From the IMG/VR virus record IMGVR_UViG_3300036985_003045: a stretch of 64,000 nt of DNA. One strand, written 5' to 3'. The notes beneath the pieces are model-generated. The model had not been told where the DNA came from, did no database searches, and saw nothing but the letters and a program-made list of their open reading frames with translations. Of the stretch, positions 1 to 8,304 are shown piece by piece; the first letter of the stretch is position 1, and the number at the start of each line of letters is the position of its first letter. The position numbers were made by a program, and so were the translations under genes. This stretch comes from a virus (taxonomy: Duplodnaviria; Caudoviricetes).

Positions 1-160
1 TAAACTGAGCAGATTCGTGACCACATTGTGCCAAGAAAGCAGCAACTCTTTTTCTTGTATTAATTTCATACAATGGTAGAACTTTATTAAGAACCTCAAG
101 TAGTGCTTCAGGTTGTTTATTGTTCGGGCATACCTTTTTCAGTTGATCTAATTTTATCAT
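1..160 (-). CDS. GH19 (chitinase-like) endolysin, N-terminal part; runs off the window edge
   Basis: Not in the ORF track. My translation from the ATG at 160 is MIKLDQLKKVCPNNKQPEALLEVLNKVLPLYEINTRKRVAAFLAQCGHESAQF. AAFLAQxGHES is the phage GH19 motif. The ATG overlaps the upstream TGA (ATGA). Confidence 0.8.
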   Translation of the reverse strand, partial: MIKLDQLKKVCPNNKQPEALLEVLNKVLPLYEINTRKRVAAFLAQCGHESAQF

Positions 161-345
161 TTATTTTCTCCTTTACACGGGTTATTTGCGTCTTCTTCTA
201 TTACTAATAATATACAATCTTCTTCTTCACTAATTATACCTATAGCAAATCTATTAAATCCACATTGAATATAAATCGGTTTTTCAGAATCCCGAACTAT
301 TTCATTGAAATCTTTAAGAGATATTTTTATCCTAGGGAGTCGCAT
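157..345 (-). CDS. hypothetical protein (62 aa)
   Basis: ORF coupled to both neighbours; no motif recognised. Confidence 0.55.
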   Translation of the reverse strand: MRLPRIKISLKDFNEIVRDSEKPIYIQCGFNRFAIGIISEEEDCILLVIEEDANNPCKGENK

Positions 346-599
346 AAAGCTCTTAACGGTATCATTGGAATTAATTTATCATTCATCACACTAAATTCTA
401 GATGTTTTTCATAAACAACAAATTCAATCTTTTCCAATACTGTAACACCTATAATAGGAACAGAATCTTTATTAAGTCTTGAGTATATAATTTTACCTTC
501 AGCATATACTTTGCTTGCGACCCAACCTTGAAGTCGTATGTTTACAAATTTAACAGAATCTTCAAGTAACTTTTGATTGCTTAAATTATTAGTATGCAT
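327..599 (-). CDS. hypothetical protein (90 aa)
   Basis: ORF in operon context; no motif recognised. Confidence 0.6.
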   Translation of the reverse strand: MHTNNLSNQKLLEDSVKFVNIRLQGWVASKVYAEGKIIYSRLNKDSVPIIGVTVLEKIEFVVYEKHLEFSVMNDKLIPMIPLRALCDSLG

Positions 600-608
600 T
601 GTTAATTA

Positions 609-899
609 CTATAAAATTATTTTTGAAGTTGGAACTACAATTGGACTAAATACTCGTTTATATTCAGTTACAAGTGCTTCAGCAGGAGTTGCTTCAATAG
701 CTATTGAATGAAAGTATACTTTAATAGTACCTTGTGCAAAAGGCATCACAGGAGCTATAGCAACTCTTACACCTGATTCTGTTTCTTGAAGGACAATATT
801 GGCAGGATTCTTAATTTCATACCATATATTAGTAATATTAACTACTTCACCAATCATATCTTCCCCAATTTGGGATTTAAAAACTCTTATATCACTCAT
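609..899 (-). CDS. conserved T4-like small protein, probable Sm-like beta-barrel
   Basis: The pattern IRVFKSQIGEDMIGEV...IKNP...IAPVMPF...P...L..EY..VF resembles the small protein commonly found near hsp20 in environmental T4-like phages. The fold is inferred. Confidence 0.6.
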   Translation of the reverse strand: MSDIRVFKSQIGEDMIGEVVNITNIWYEIKNPANIVLQETESGVRVAIAPVMPFAQGTIKVYFHSIAIEATPAEALVTEYKRVFSPIVVPTSKIIL

Positions 900-916
900 T
901 ATATTCTCGCTTTAGT

Positions 917-1000
917 AAAAAGGAACCTCCCGTGGTGCGCTTCACGTCCCTTGTCATCCTAAGATGCTTCTATTATGGGCGTAGAGAGGCGTGGGAGGTA
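917..1000 (-). ncRNA. candidate structured small RNA (about 80 nt)
   Basis: 925-999 is 56% GC in an AT-rich genome. It has a closing stem 925-931/993-999 and nested stems, an AATAAATA box at 1005-1012 upstream and a U5 run at 917-921 downstream. Confidence 0.55.
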
Positions 1001-1007
1001 TTATTAT

Positions 1008-1469
1008 TTATTCAGTCAATAATTCAACATCATACTTGCCATCACCAATAAGAATCTTTTTCGGTTTCTTATGCTCTGGAATAACATTTTCAAGATAAAT
1101 GGATAAAATACCATCAATGAATTCCGCATCTTTTACGATTACGGTCTCTGCTAGTTTTATTGTTTTCTTGAATGGTTTTGCACTAATACCTTTATGGAGG
1201 TATTCAACTTCATTATCAAATTCACCTTTAGTACCAGCCATAATAAGAACACAATCTTCAACGGTAATTTCTAGTTCTTCCCTGGAAAAACCAGCAACTG
1301 CCAATTCAACAACATATTCATTGTCATTGTATTTAATGATATTATGGGGAGGATACTTATTTGATAATTGATAGTCACTTGATACTCTTTCCATATCTTT
1401 AAGTAGCCTTTCAATGCCTACGAATTGATTTAGGTGAGCACCAAAAGCCATATGTGCGGTTGTATTCAT
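1008..1469 (-). CDS. hsp20: small heat shock protein Hsp20 (IbpA-like)
   Basis: YPPHNIIK...ELAVAGF...YLHKGIS...DGILSIYLE..IPEHKKPKKI alpha-crystallin signature. Confidence 0.95.
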   Translation of the reverse strand: MNTTAHMAFGAHLNQFVGIERLLKDMERVSSDYQLSNKYPPHNIIKYNDNEYVVELAVAGFSREELEITVEDCVLIMAGTKGEFDNEVEYLHKGISAKPFKKTIKLAETVIVKDAEFIDGILSIYLENVIPEHKKPKKILIGDGKYDVELLTE

Positions 1470-1600
1470 ACTGCGTCTCCATTTCTGCGAGATTAAAATT
1501 TTCTATCCTTACGGCATAGAAGGTTAGGTTCCAGTTACGAATCTGGAATACCTCTTACGTGGGTATCGATCTGCGGACATCCAGGTCCTTCACGCACTAT
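1470..1600 (-). promoter_or_regulatory. multi-hairpin 5' UTR, ROSE-like RNA thermometer candidate
   Basis: Five consecutive hairpins. The last, UCUC(G)CA-GAAA-UG-GAGA (1476-1492), pairs the SD sequence with a bulged G opposite it. Confidence 0.65.
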
Positions 1601-1654
1601 TATTTAAAGTCTATAGTGATAAAGACTACCTACCTCGGGAGAAGGAGTGTTCTT

Positions 1655-1870
1655 TTATTCTTCGTCAACAGTTTCAGGAATTTCAGCCAATATGACTTTT
1701 TCAATTTCTGCAACTTGAGAAGTTCCTTGTGATCTAATTTCATTGATCAATTCTGCAACAACCTCATAAGATTGTTTTGCTAATGATGCTAAAATTGTAT
1801 TAACACCACGTACATTTAGTTTTAAATCAATAAAACTTTCTTCAATTTTCAATTTTTGTTCTTCATTCAT
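1655..1870 (-). CDS. hypothetical protein (71 aa, helical)
   Basis: ORF directly downstream of regA. Confidence 0.7.
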   Translation of the reverse strand: MNEEQKLKIEESFIDLKLNVRGVNTILASLAKQSYEVVAELINEIRSQGTSQVAEIEKVILAEIPETVDEE

Positions 1871-1872
1871 AT

Positions 1873-2283
1873 TTATTTTCTCTTGTTTCCAATGGTATAT
1901 TTTGATGTTAAAGTCCAGTTCTTTTTGTCTTTATAAGAGACAATCTTAATCTGGGATAATGACGCCTTACTTTCTGCTTGCGCAGAATTTACTATAGTTA
2001 AAAGTCCCCAGTCACCTAGCAGACTAGCTATAGCATTTCTTCTCTCAATATCATTATTAGTGATATTGGATTCTTTACCATCCAAAGCAAACAACTCTTT
2101 GAAATGGACGATAAAATATTTGCCTTGCTTATGCAATATATGGCATGATTGATATAGTGTATTATCTTTTTTAGAAGCAATACCAATCCTAGTTAAAGTT
2201 TCACAGACTTTCAAAAATGCATCAGGGTCAGGTAACGTCACCTCAAGCATACTGTCATAATTCCAATCATAAAAAATATCCAT
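1873..2283 (-). CDS. regA: translational repressor RegA
   Basis: FLKVCETLTRIGIAS...LYQSCHILHKQGKYFIVHFKELFALDG. Start moved from 2334 to the ATG at 2283, just after the gp62 stop. Confidence 0.95.
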   Translation of the reverse strand: MDIFYDWNYDSMLEVTLPDPDAFLKVCETLTRIGIASKKDNTLYQSCHILHKQGKYFIVHFKELFALDGKESNITNNDIERRNAIASLLGDWGLLTIVNSAQAESKASLSQIKIVSYKDKKNWTLTSKYTIGNKRK

Positions 2284-2284
2284 T

Positions 2285-2662
2285 TTAATACCCGCCTTTA
2301 TACAATTTCTTTTCAATAATAGCAAGTTGATCATTGGTTAGGATATCCAATACTTGTCTTGCCTTCTCATCGGAATATCTAAAGTATTCCTTAACTAATA
2401 AAAATGATTTAGAGTCTTTATCTTTCTTTGCCCATTTACCAAATCGTTTCTTCTTAGCTATGGTATTTATTAAATATTTAAATTGCATATCATTATCTAA
2501 ATTATAAAATTTATTCATCTCATTAGCATATAAAATAGTATCTGAATGTTGCGACAATCCTCTATTTACCATAAATGAATTATAATCTTTAAGTGCCTGT
2601 GGATCAACAAACAGATTTTCTTTAGTTTGTGTAATTGCAGTAATAAAATCAAATGGATTCAT
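2285..2662 (-). CDS. gp62: clamp loader small subunit
   Basis: YNSFMVNRGLS...ANEMN...QFKYLINTIAKKKRFGKWAK...VKEYFRYSDEKA; synteny with gp44 and regA. Confidence 0.9.
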   Translation of the reverse strand: MNPFDFITAITQTKENLFVDPQALKDYNSFMVNRGLSQHSDTILYANEMNKFYNLDNDMQFKYLINTIAKKKRFGKWAKKDKDSKSFLLVKEYFRYSDEKARQVLDILTNDQLAIIEKKLYKGGY

Positions 2663-2994
2663 TATAAAATTCCTTCATCATCTAATGCAATAGCAAAAGT
2701 TTTATTTGGAAATCTATCTAACAATTTATCTTGTAAAGATTCTATAGAAGTTCCATGTGAAAGATATGTATGATCTTTTAATTTATACATGTAAATGATA
2801 TTGTCATGTACTTCTAAGTACGCCAATATATCATTTACTATTGTTTGATTATCTTCATCTATATATTCATCTTCATCATATTCTATATATAACTCTCCAT
2901 TTTGAAATTTACTTATAGTTCTACGGACTCCATACCAATATCCTATTCCTCCATTCAATAATACTAATATTAAAGTTAGATAATCCATTTCCAT
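2662..2994 (-). CDS. hypothetical protein with N-terminal hydrophobic segment
   Basis: LTLILVLLNGGIGYWYGV followed by RR and an acidic soluble region. Confidence 0.7.
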   Translation of the reverse strand: MEMDYLTLILVLLNGGIGYWYGVRRTISKFQNGELYIEYDEDEYIDEDNQTIVNDILAYLEVHDNIIYMYKLKDHTYLSHGTSIESLQDKLLDRFPNKTFAIALDDEGIL

Positions 2995-3002
2995 ATTGTT
3001 GC

Positions 3003-3956
3003 CTATTTAAATTTACAAGAAGACATTATTTCAACCATTGCTGACATTGTATTTATCTCTTGATCTGCTACAAAGGCACTCTTATATTGATAGTCACCGA
3101 TAATAATAATTAATTGTGGAATACTTGATGGATCTAAAACATTTAATGCATTATCATATAAATGTCTGAATAATGATGATGCATCTGCATCTGCACTAGC
3201 AACCCATTTACGCACAGTAGTAAAATCTTTTTCTTTAAGACCTTTAATTAATTCTTTATAAGAGTCTGCAGATACATTGACAAAAATTCCAGAGTCAATT
3301 TTACCCGCAACAGAATATCTTTGCAATTCATTTAATATCCTTCTATAATCTGGAAAATGTTTTGTTACTAATTCAGCAACAACCTTTGGATCAAACTCAA
3401 TATTTTCTTGTTTCAAGATACGAGTTGCGCGTTTGAAAAACAATGCAGCCATTTCTTGTTTATCTTTAGGATCTATTTTAAAATCTATAATAGCACATCG
3501 TGAATGCAATGGATCTATAATACGATTTTTAAAATTGCAAGTAAATATGAACCGACAGTTATTGCTAAACTCCTCAATGAAAGATCTTAAGGCAGGTTGA
3601 ACTGAATCGGCATTCATATAATCTGCTTCATCAATAATGATAACCTTCTTTGCATCTGTTAGTGATACAGATGAGGCAAATTCTTTTACTGTAGTTCTAA
3701 GAGTATCAATTTTACGACCTTCGTCAGAACCATTGATCATTATATAGTCTGCCCCCACTTCATTACAAAGTGCTTTAGCTATAGTAGTTTTACCTACACC
3801 GGCAGAACCTGTTAATAAAAGCGTAGGTAATTCGCCTTGCTTAATATAATTATTGAATGTAGTTTTAATAGATTCAGGAAGAATACATTCACTGATGGTT
3901 TGCGGGCGGTATTTTTCTACCCACAAAAATTGATTGTCTTTAGATTCGATAGTCAT
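3003..3956 (-). CDS. gp44: clamp loader AAA+ subunit
   Basis: LWVEKYRPQTI, Walker A GSAGVGKTT, Walker B IIIDEAD, SRC motif. Confidence 0.97.
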   Translation of the reverse strand: MTIESKDNQFLWVEKYRPQTISECILPESIKTTFNNYIKQGELPTLLLTGSAGVGKTTIAKALCNEVGADYIMINGSDEGRKIDTLRTTVKEFASSVSLTDAKKVIIIDEADYMNADSVQPALRSFIEEFSNNCRFIFTCNFKNRIIDPLHSRCAIIDFKIDPKDKQEMAALFFKRATRILKQENIEFDPKVVAELVTKHFPDYRRILNELQRYSVAGKIDSGIFVNVSADSYKELIKGLKEKDFTTVRKWVASADADASSLFRHLYDNALNVLDPSSIPQLIIIIGDYQYKSAFVADQEINTMSAMVEIMSSCKFK

Positions 3957-3986
3957 AATGTCTCCATAGTAAATAAGTCATGATAC

Positions 3987-4016
3987 ATTATATCATGACT
4001 TTATCAAAAAGTAAAT
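3987..4016 (-). promoter_or_regulatory. early-type sigma70 promoter for gp44, overlapped by an 11-bp-arm palindrome
   Basis: TTTACT-17-TATAAT with a TG extension; AAGTCATGATA-catta-TATCATGACTT at 3975-4001. Confidence 0.65.
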
Positions 4017-4021
4017 GTATT

Positions 4022-4675
4022 TTAGAACGTACTATCAGCCTCAATTGCACAATAATAAACTAAATCACCAATTGTAGATTCAAATCTAGCTATTCTAGAA
4101 TGAATAGTTACTGTATAATTACCTTGTAGCATTTTTAGGTTTTCAATTTTAATATTAGCTTTAAAAGTTTTATCAGTAGTACCTACAATTGATTCATATA
4201 AATTGCTAGTAGCATTCTTTTTATCGCCGATAGTTAAAGTTAAACTAGTTCCATCGCCTACAATAGAAAGATCAGAAGCTTTTAAAACTCCTGCGGTTTT
4301 TTGAATAGCAGCAAATAATGATTCAGATAAGTCAAAATTAATATCTGCGGCAGGAAATACTATATCTTTACTTGGAGTTTTCAATAAAGATGCTTCGGCC
4401 GCAAAAAATTTAATTCTGTTATTTTTCTCTTGAATATTAACATACTTTTCTTCAAATTCTAATTCAGGATCAGTGAATAAAGAAATTGCTCCTAAAAATG
4501 AATTAAGGTCATATATACCAAATTCAATTGGAAATTGTTCTGCTACGGTTATACTGGAGGCCACAGTTTTGTTTACCGAAGTAGTCTTTAATCTATTACC
4601 AGGACTTAATAATAGATTGCTATTGATTGCCGCATAGTTTTTAAGGATATTAATTGTTTCTTTACTGATTTTCAT
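4022..4675 (-). CDS. gp45: DNA polymerase sliding clamp
   Basis: MKISKETINILKNYAAINSNL...FGIYDLNSFLGAISLF; adjacent to gp44. Confidence 0.95.
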   Translation of the reverse strand: MKISKETINILKNYAAINSNLLLSPGNRLKTTSVNKTVASSITVAEQFPIEFGIYDLNSFLGAISLFTDPELEFEEKYVNIQEKNNRIKFFAAEASLLKTPSKDIVFPAADINFDLSESLFAAIQKTAGVLKASDLSIVGDGTSLTLTIGDKKNATSNLYESIVGTTDKTFKANIKIENLKMLQGNYTVTIHSRIARFESTIGDLVYYCAIEADSTF

Positions 4676-4872
4676 AATGTCTCCATATTTTTAATTTTTC
4701 GTTGTATAATCACTTCAAGGTAATTTGCCAGATCCATCGCTTCTTCTTGAGCATGGATCAACCATTGTAACTCTGTTAAGTCTTCTCTTTCTAGAGAAAC
4801 TCCATATTTCTCCAAACCAAACTTAGCTCTTTTTTGTATTTTTTCACATACTGCATCTTCGTACTTACTCAT
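4672..4872 (-). CDS. small all-alpha protein, possibly MazG-like NTP pyrophosphohydrolase fold
   Basis: GLEKYGVSLER.DL...WL.HAQEEAMDLANYLE: EE..D acidic helix pattern. Confidence 0.45.
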   Translation of the reverse strand: MSKYEDAVCEKIQKRAKFGLEKYGVSLEREDLTELQWLIHAQEEAMDLANYLEVIIQRKIKNMETL

Positions 4873-4892
4873 AATATCTCCATAAAATAATA

Positions 4893-4922
4893 ATTATATT
4901 ACATACTCCCATAAAAGTAAAC
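4893..4922 (-). promoter_or_regulatory. early-type promoter
   Basis: GTTTACT...TATAAT (TTTACT-17-TATAAT), followed by a GGAG SD. Confidence 0.65.
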
Positions 4923-4938
4923 TGAATAATTCATTTTA

Positions 4939-6054
4939 TTAGTAAGGGATTTCATCAAATTCATCAATAGATATAATTACTTCTACAGGATCTATTTCAG
5001 AAGTTTGTGGTTCAGACATTTTATCAAGTAAATCAATAAATGCTGCCTTAGTTTGAGAGTCAAAACGATTACAGCATAATTGAACTGCTTTTGTTTTATT
5101 ACCAAAGATAGCAAAAGCTCGAACAATATGAACCATACGACGAGTGGTAATTAACTCATCAACTCCGCCATCATCATAAGTTTTGCGAATAGCATCTGCC
5201 CATTTAACCAATAACTCAGCAAATGGTTCATCAACACATTTGAATTGTTCCATTAGATTCTTAACTATTTTTAATTCGATGTTTGCACTTGGATATTCTT
5301 GTTCAAATGTAACCGCAAATCGTTCAAGAAATGCTTCATTCAATACATTAGTACCAATATAACGACCATCATCAGAACCTTTACCTTTAGTATTGGCTGT
5401 AGCAAGGATATTGAATCCTTCTGCTGGAATGATCATTTCATTCTTCAACTTGAAGTAGTATGGTTTACCTTCAAGAATAGGTTGTAAGCATAATAAAGTA
5501 TTTGCTGAACCAGCATCAATCTCATCAAGTAACAAAGTAGTACCTGTGCGCATCGCAACCAACACAGGTCCTTCAACAATCTCAACATTACCTTCTTGAA
5601 GAGTTTTTGAACCAATCAACTGCTCTTCGTCAGTCATCTGGTTCAAGTTAACCCTAATCAAAGGTTTTTTATGTTTAGCGCATATTTGCTCAACCATGGT
5701 TGATTTACCATTACCAGTAGGTCCGTAAATATACGAGGGATAAAAAATGCCGGATTTAATAATAGATTCTAGATCTTTGAAGTTACCAAATGGTACAAAG
5801 TTAGGATCTTTTTCTGGCACGAGAGAGGTTCCACCTTTAGGAATGGAAACTATTTTCAGTTCTTTCATAGGCATTTCTGCAGTTGGTAATCTATAAACAC
5901 CTCTAGCAACTTTGTTTTGCATTAACCAATCTGGCCAATCGCAATTCATTTGATCTTTTACTTCTTTGAGTTGCTTACGAGTGATAGTACCGGTTGTTTC
6001 AGCATCAGGAAACATTTGGTACATAGTAGGAATAAAGTTTGGAATGGTTTTCAT
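4939..6054 (-). CDS. MoxR/CbbQ/CobS-like AAA+ ATPase
   Basis: Walker A GPTGNGKS, Walker B LLLDEID, ATANTKG and NEAFLERF motifs; similar to the 'CobS' of marine T4-like phages. Confidence 0.9.
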   Translation of the reverse strand: MKTIPNFIPTMYQMFPDAETTGTITRKQLKEVKDQMNCDWPDWLMQNKVARGVYRLPTAEMPMKELKIVSIPKGGTSLVPEKDPNFVPFGNFKDLESIIKSGIFYPSYIYGPTGNGKSTMVEQICAKHKKPLIRVNLNQMTDEEQLIGSKTLQEGNVEIVEGPVLVAMRTGTTLLLDEIDAGSANTLLCLQPILEGKPYYFKLKNEMIIPAEGFNILATANTKGKGSDDGRYIGTNVLNEAFLERFAVTFEQEYPSANIELKIVKNLMEQFKCVDEPFAELLVKWADAIRKTYDDGGVDELITTRRMVHIVRAFAIFGNKTKAVQLCCNRFDSQTKAAFIDLLDKMSEPQTSEIDPVEVIISIDEFDEIPY

Positions 6055-6089
6055 AATATAGTTTTTCTCATTTGTTAGTTTATGGATCT

Positions 6090-6118
6090 ATTATAACACG
6101 TTTTCATCAAATGTAAAC
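6090..6118 (-). promoter_or_regulatory. T4-type early promoter
   Basis: GTTTAC-17-TATAAT with TGn extended -10. Confidence 0.75.
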
Positions 6119-6141
6119 GTTTATTTTAAAATAATTTCACT

Positions 6142-8274
6142 TTAGGCCACATAACCGATAAATTTATTCAATAATAAACGGTTCACTTGACGTCCTTCCA
6201 TCATTTTAGTGAACTTATTTGCAATAGAAGAAGTTGATTGTTTACTTGAAACTTCCAATTCTATGTCTTTAATTCTCAAAGACTTTGCAGGAACTAAGAA
6301 TAAATCATCACGACCTTTAGTTTTGAAAGAAGCAAAACCATTTAGGCGAACTTCTTTTCTAACTTCATCGATATCTATATCATAGATACCATTATTATAT
6401 GATGCTGAATTAATTTCTGAACGACCTAAAGAACCTGCAACATAAAACCCAATATTAGCAACATTATATCTATCTTTTATCATTTTTAATAAAGTATTAG
6501 TTTGTTCAGTAGCATTATACTGAAAATCATAATTTATTTTAGTTATTGGATCAACTAAGAAATTCTTACCATAATGTGGAGCATTATAAGCACGTAAAGT
6601 ACTTCCTGCTCCATCAGTTAATGTAATAAAGGACATCTTTTCGACATTATTAGTATTCATAAATTTGCCTATATGATCAGTCATATAAGCTAATGCTTCA
6701 TTTAATGGAGTTCCACCTAATGAGTATTCACTTTTTCTAGTAAACTTATAAGTATTAAACAGTCTTTTGGCCATATCATTAAAATCTTTATTTGACATTT
6801 TATGACTAAAGAATTCCAACAAAGCACAGTCTTTAGTTGCGTTATTTAATAAATTTGTAGCTAATCTAGTTTGTTGAAATCTATCTTTTCTTCTATTTGA
6901 ATAAGGTTTATTATCATAACAGTTATAATAATAATCTGAAAATGCTAATACTTGAAATGGAATTTGCAATCTATGACAAAACATTGATAATGTAGTAACT
7001 TGTTGAATTACATCTCCAATAACTTCATTCATAGAACCTGACCAATCTATCAAAAAGATCATTCCATGCTTTTTACCATCTTGAGTGGTAGTAATTCTTT
7101 TAAATAAGTCATCATTTAATTGATAACCCCAAATCTTTTTCATATCCAATGAACCTGATTTTGATACTTGATTACGTTTATATTGAGTTGCAGCTTTTTT
7201 CATCTCAAATTCTTTTATGAGATAATTAACAGTTTTCAATGTATTTGACTTGAATTTAATATATTCTACATCCGATCTTCTAGGAATATCTTCTTTATAA
7301 CCCCAACGATTTAATATAAATTCTTGTTCAGTTTCAGTTTCAGATAAAATGGTTTTATAACCTACAATTGTATCAGGATCATAATCAGTATCTAATCTTA
7401 AATAATTATATTCTGCATTCATATCCACAGAATTATCTAAATTTTCCATTAAAGATTTATTAGTTTTAGACTCTAATTCTTCTTCTATTTCTTCAGGAGT
7501 TTTACTACCTTGATCACTAGCAACATTATCTTCTGGTTGTTGTTGATCATCTGAATTACTATTATCTCCTTCAGATTCTTCAGGAGTTTTACTACCTTGA
7601 TCACTAGCAACATTATCTTCTGGTGGTTGTTGTTGATCATCTGAATTACTATTATCTTCTTCAGATTCTTCAGATTCTTCAGTATTTTCATTATTAACTG
7701 ATGAATCTTTACTTTCTGAGTTTTCTAATTCATTTTTACAGAATTCATAAATATCTTTTGCTAATTCAACAACTTCAATTGAAGTTTCAGTTTTTTCTGC
7801 ACGAGTAACAAATACTTTTTCTTGTTCTGAAAATGAAACTCCCGAAGAAATACCTACTTTGAACCAAAGGTTCATTCTATCAATAAGATTAAGAGTTCTT
7901 ATATTTTTAATTTCCTTTACACCAAAGAAGTCTCTTTCATTAAGTTGTCTATAACCTTCAATCATAGTCTTTTTAAGACCGGGATATTTACGTTTCATTA
8001 ATTTTTCAACACGAACATCTTCAACTACATTAATATAGTCATGGATTTTGTAATCCTCTTTTGAAGCCTCCATCATATCCATAGTTGTATACAATGCATG
8101 ACCTACTTCATGACCTACAAGCATACTCTCTATTTCAGGAGTCATATGTTTAAAGATAGGTAAAGTTAGTTGTCTTGATTTTACATTAAAAGAGGCAGTT
8201 TTAACTGCAGCTTTAACTACAGTTAAGTTTTCTGTTGCGAGGAGTTTTGCAGTAAGGTCTATTGCTGTATTCAT
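6142..8274 (-). CDS. HExxH metallopeptidase-like plus vWA (MIDAS) protein, CobT-like AAA partner
   Basis: HEVGH...NVVEDVRVE at the N terminus, an acidic linker, then DWSGSM...GGTPL...LTDG. Confidence 0.85.
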   Translation of the reverse strand: MNTAIDLTAKLLATENLTVVKAAVKTASFNVKSRQLTLPIFKHMTPEIESMLVGHEVGHALYTTMDMMEASKEDYKIHDYINVVEDVRVEKLMKRKYPGLKKTMIEGYRQLNERDFFGVKEIKNIRTLNLIDRMNLWFKVGISSGVSFSEQEKVFVTRAEKTETSIEVVELAKDIYEFCKNELENSESKDSSVNNENTEESEESEEDNSNSDDQQQPPEDNVASDQGSKTPEESEGDNSNSDDQQQPEDNVASDQGSKTPEEIEEELESKTNKSLMENLDNSVDMNAEYNYLRLDTDYDPDTIVGYKTILSETETEQEFILNRWGYKEDIPRRSDVEYIKFKSNTLKTVNYLIKEFEMKKAATQYKRNQVSKSGSLDMKKIWGYQLNDDLFKRITTTQDGKKHGMIFLIDWSGSMNEVIGDVIQQVTTLSMFCHRLQIPFQVLAFSDYYYNCYDNKPYSNRRKDRFQQTRLATNLLNNATKDCALLEFFSHKMSNKDFNDMAKRLFNTYKFTRKSEYSLGGTPLNEALAYMTDHIGKFMNTNNVEKMSFITLTDGAGSTLRAYNAPHYGKNFLVDPITKINYDFQYNATEQTNTLLKMIKDRYNVANIGFYVAGSLGRSEINSASYNNGIYDIDIDEVRKEVRLNGFASFKTKGRDDLFLVPAKSLRIKDIELEVSSKQSTSSIANKFTKMMEGRQVNRLLLNKFIGYVA
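7490..7670. repeat. 87-bp tandem duplication (29-aa acidic unit) inside the vWA gene
   Basis: EESEGDNSNSDDQQQPEDNVASDQGSKTP twice; one copy has an extra Pro codon. Confidence 0.95.
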
Positions 8275-8304
8275 AATATAATCTCTTTATCAATTTATGA
8301 GTCT

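Noticed and set aside
917-1600. tRNA, known riboswitch or self-cleaving ribozyme identity for the GC-rich elements near hsp20
   Set aside because: No cloverleaf or TTC-loop, and no hammerhead, HDV-like or c-di-GMP core in the right order by eye. An Rfam search is still needed.
2284-2334. Track start of regA at 2334 (and the TTG start of gp25 at 55343)
   Set aside because: The regA extension overlaps gp62 and lacks similarity. The downstream ATGs (2283 and 55331) fit homolog starts better.
7485-7691. Alternative-frame 68-aa ORF with an internal repeat
   Set aside because: By-product of the 87-bp duplication within the vWA gene.
4939-8274. Cobalamin biosynthesis (cobS/cobT) as an auxiliary metabolic pathway
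   Set aside because: The motifs only support a generic MoxR AAA plus vWA pair. No cobN or other cob genes are present in the window.
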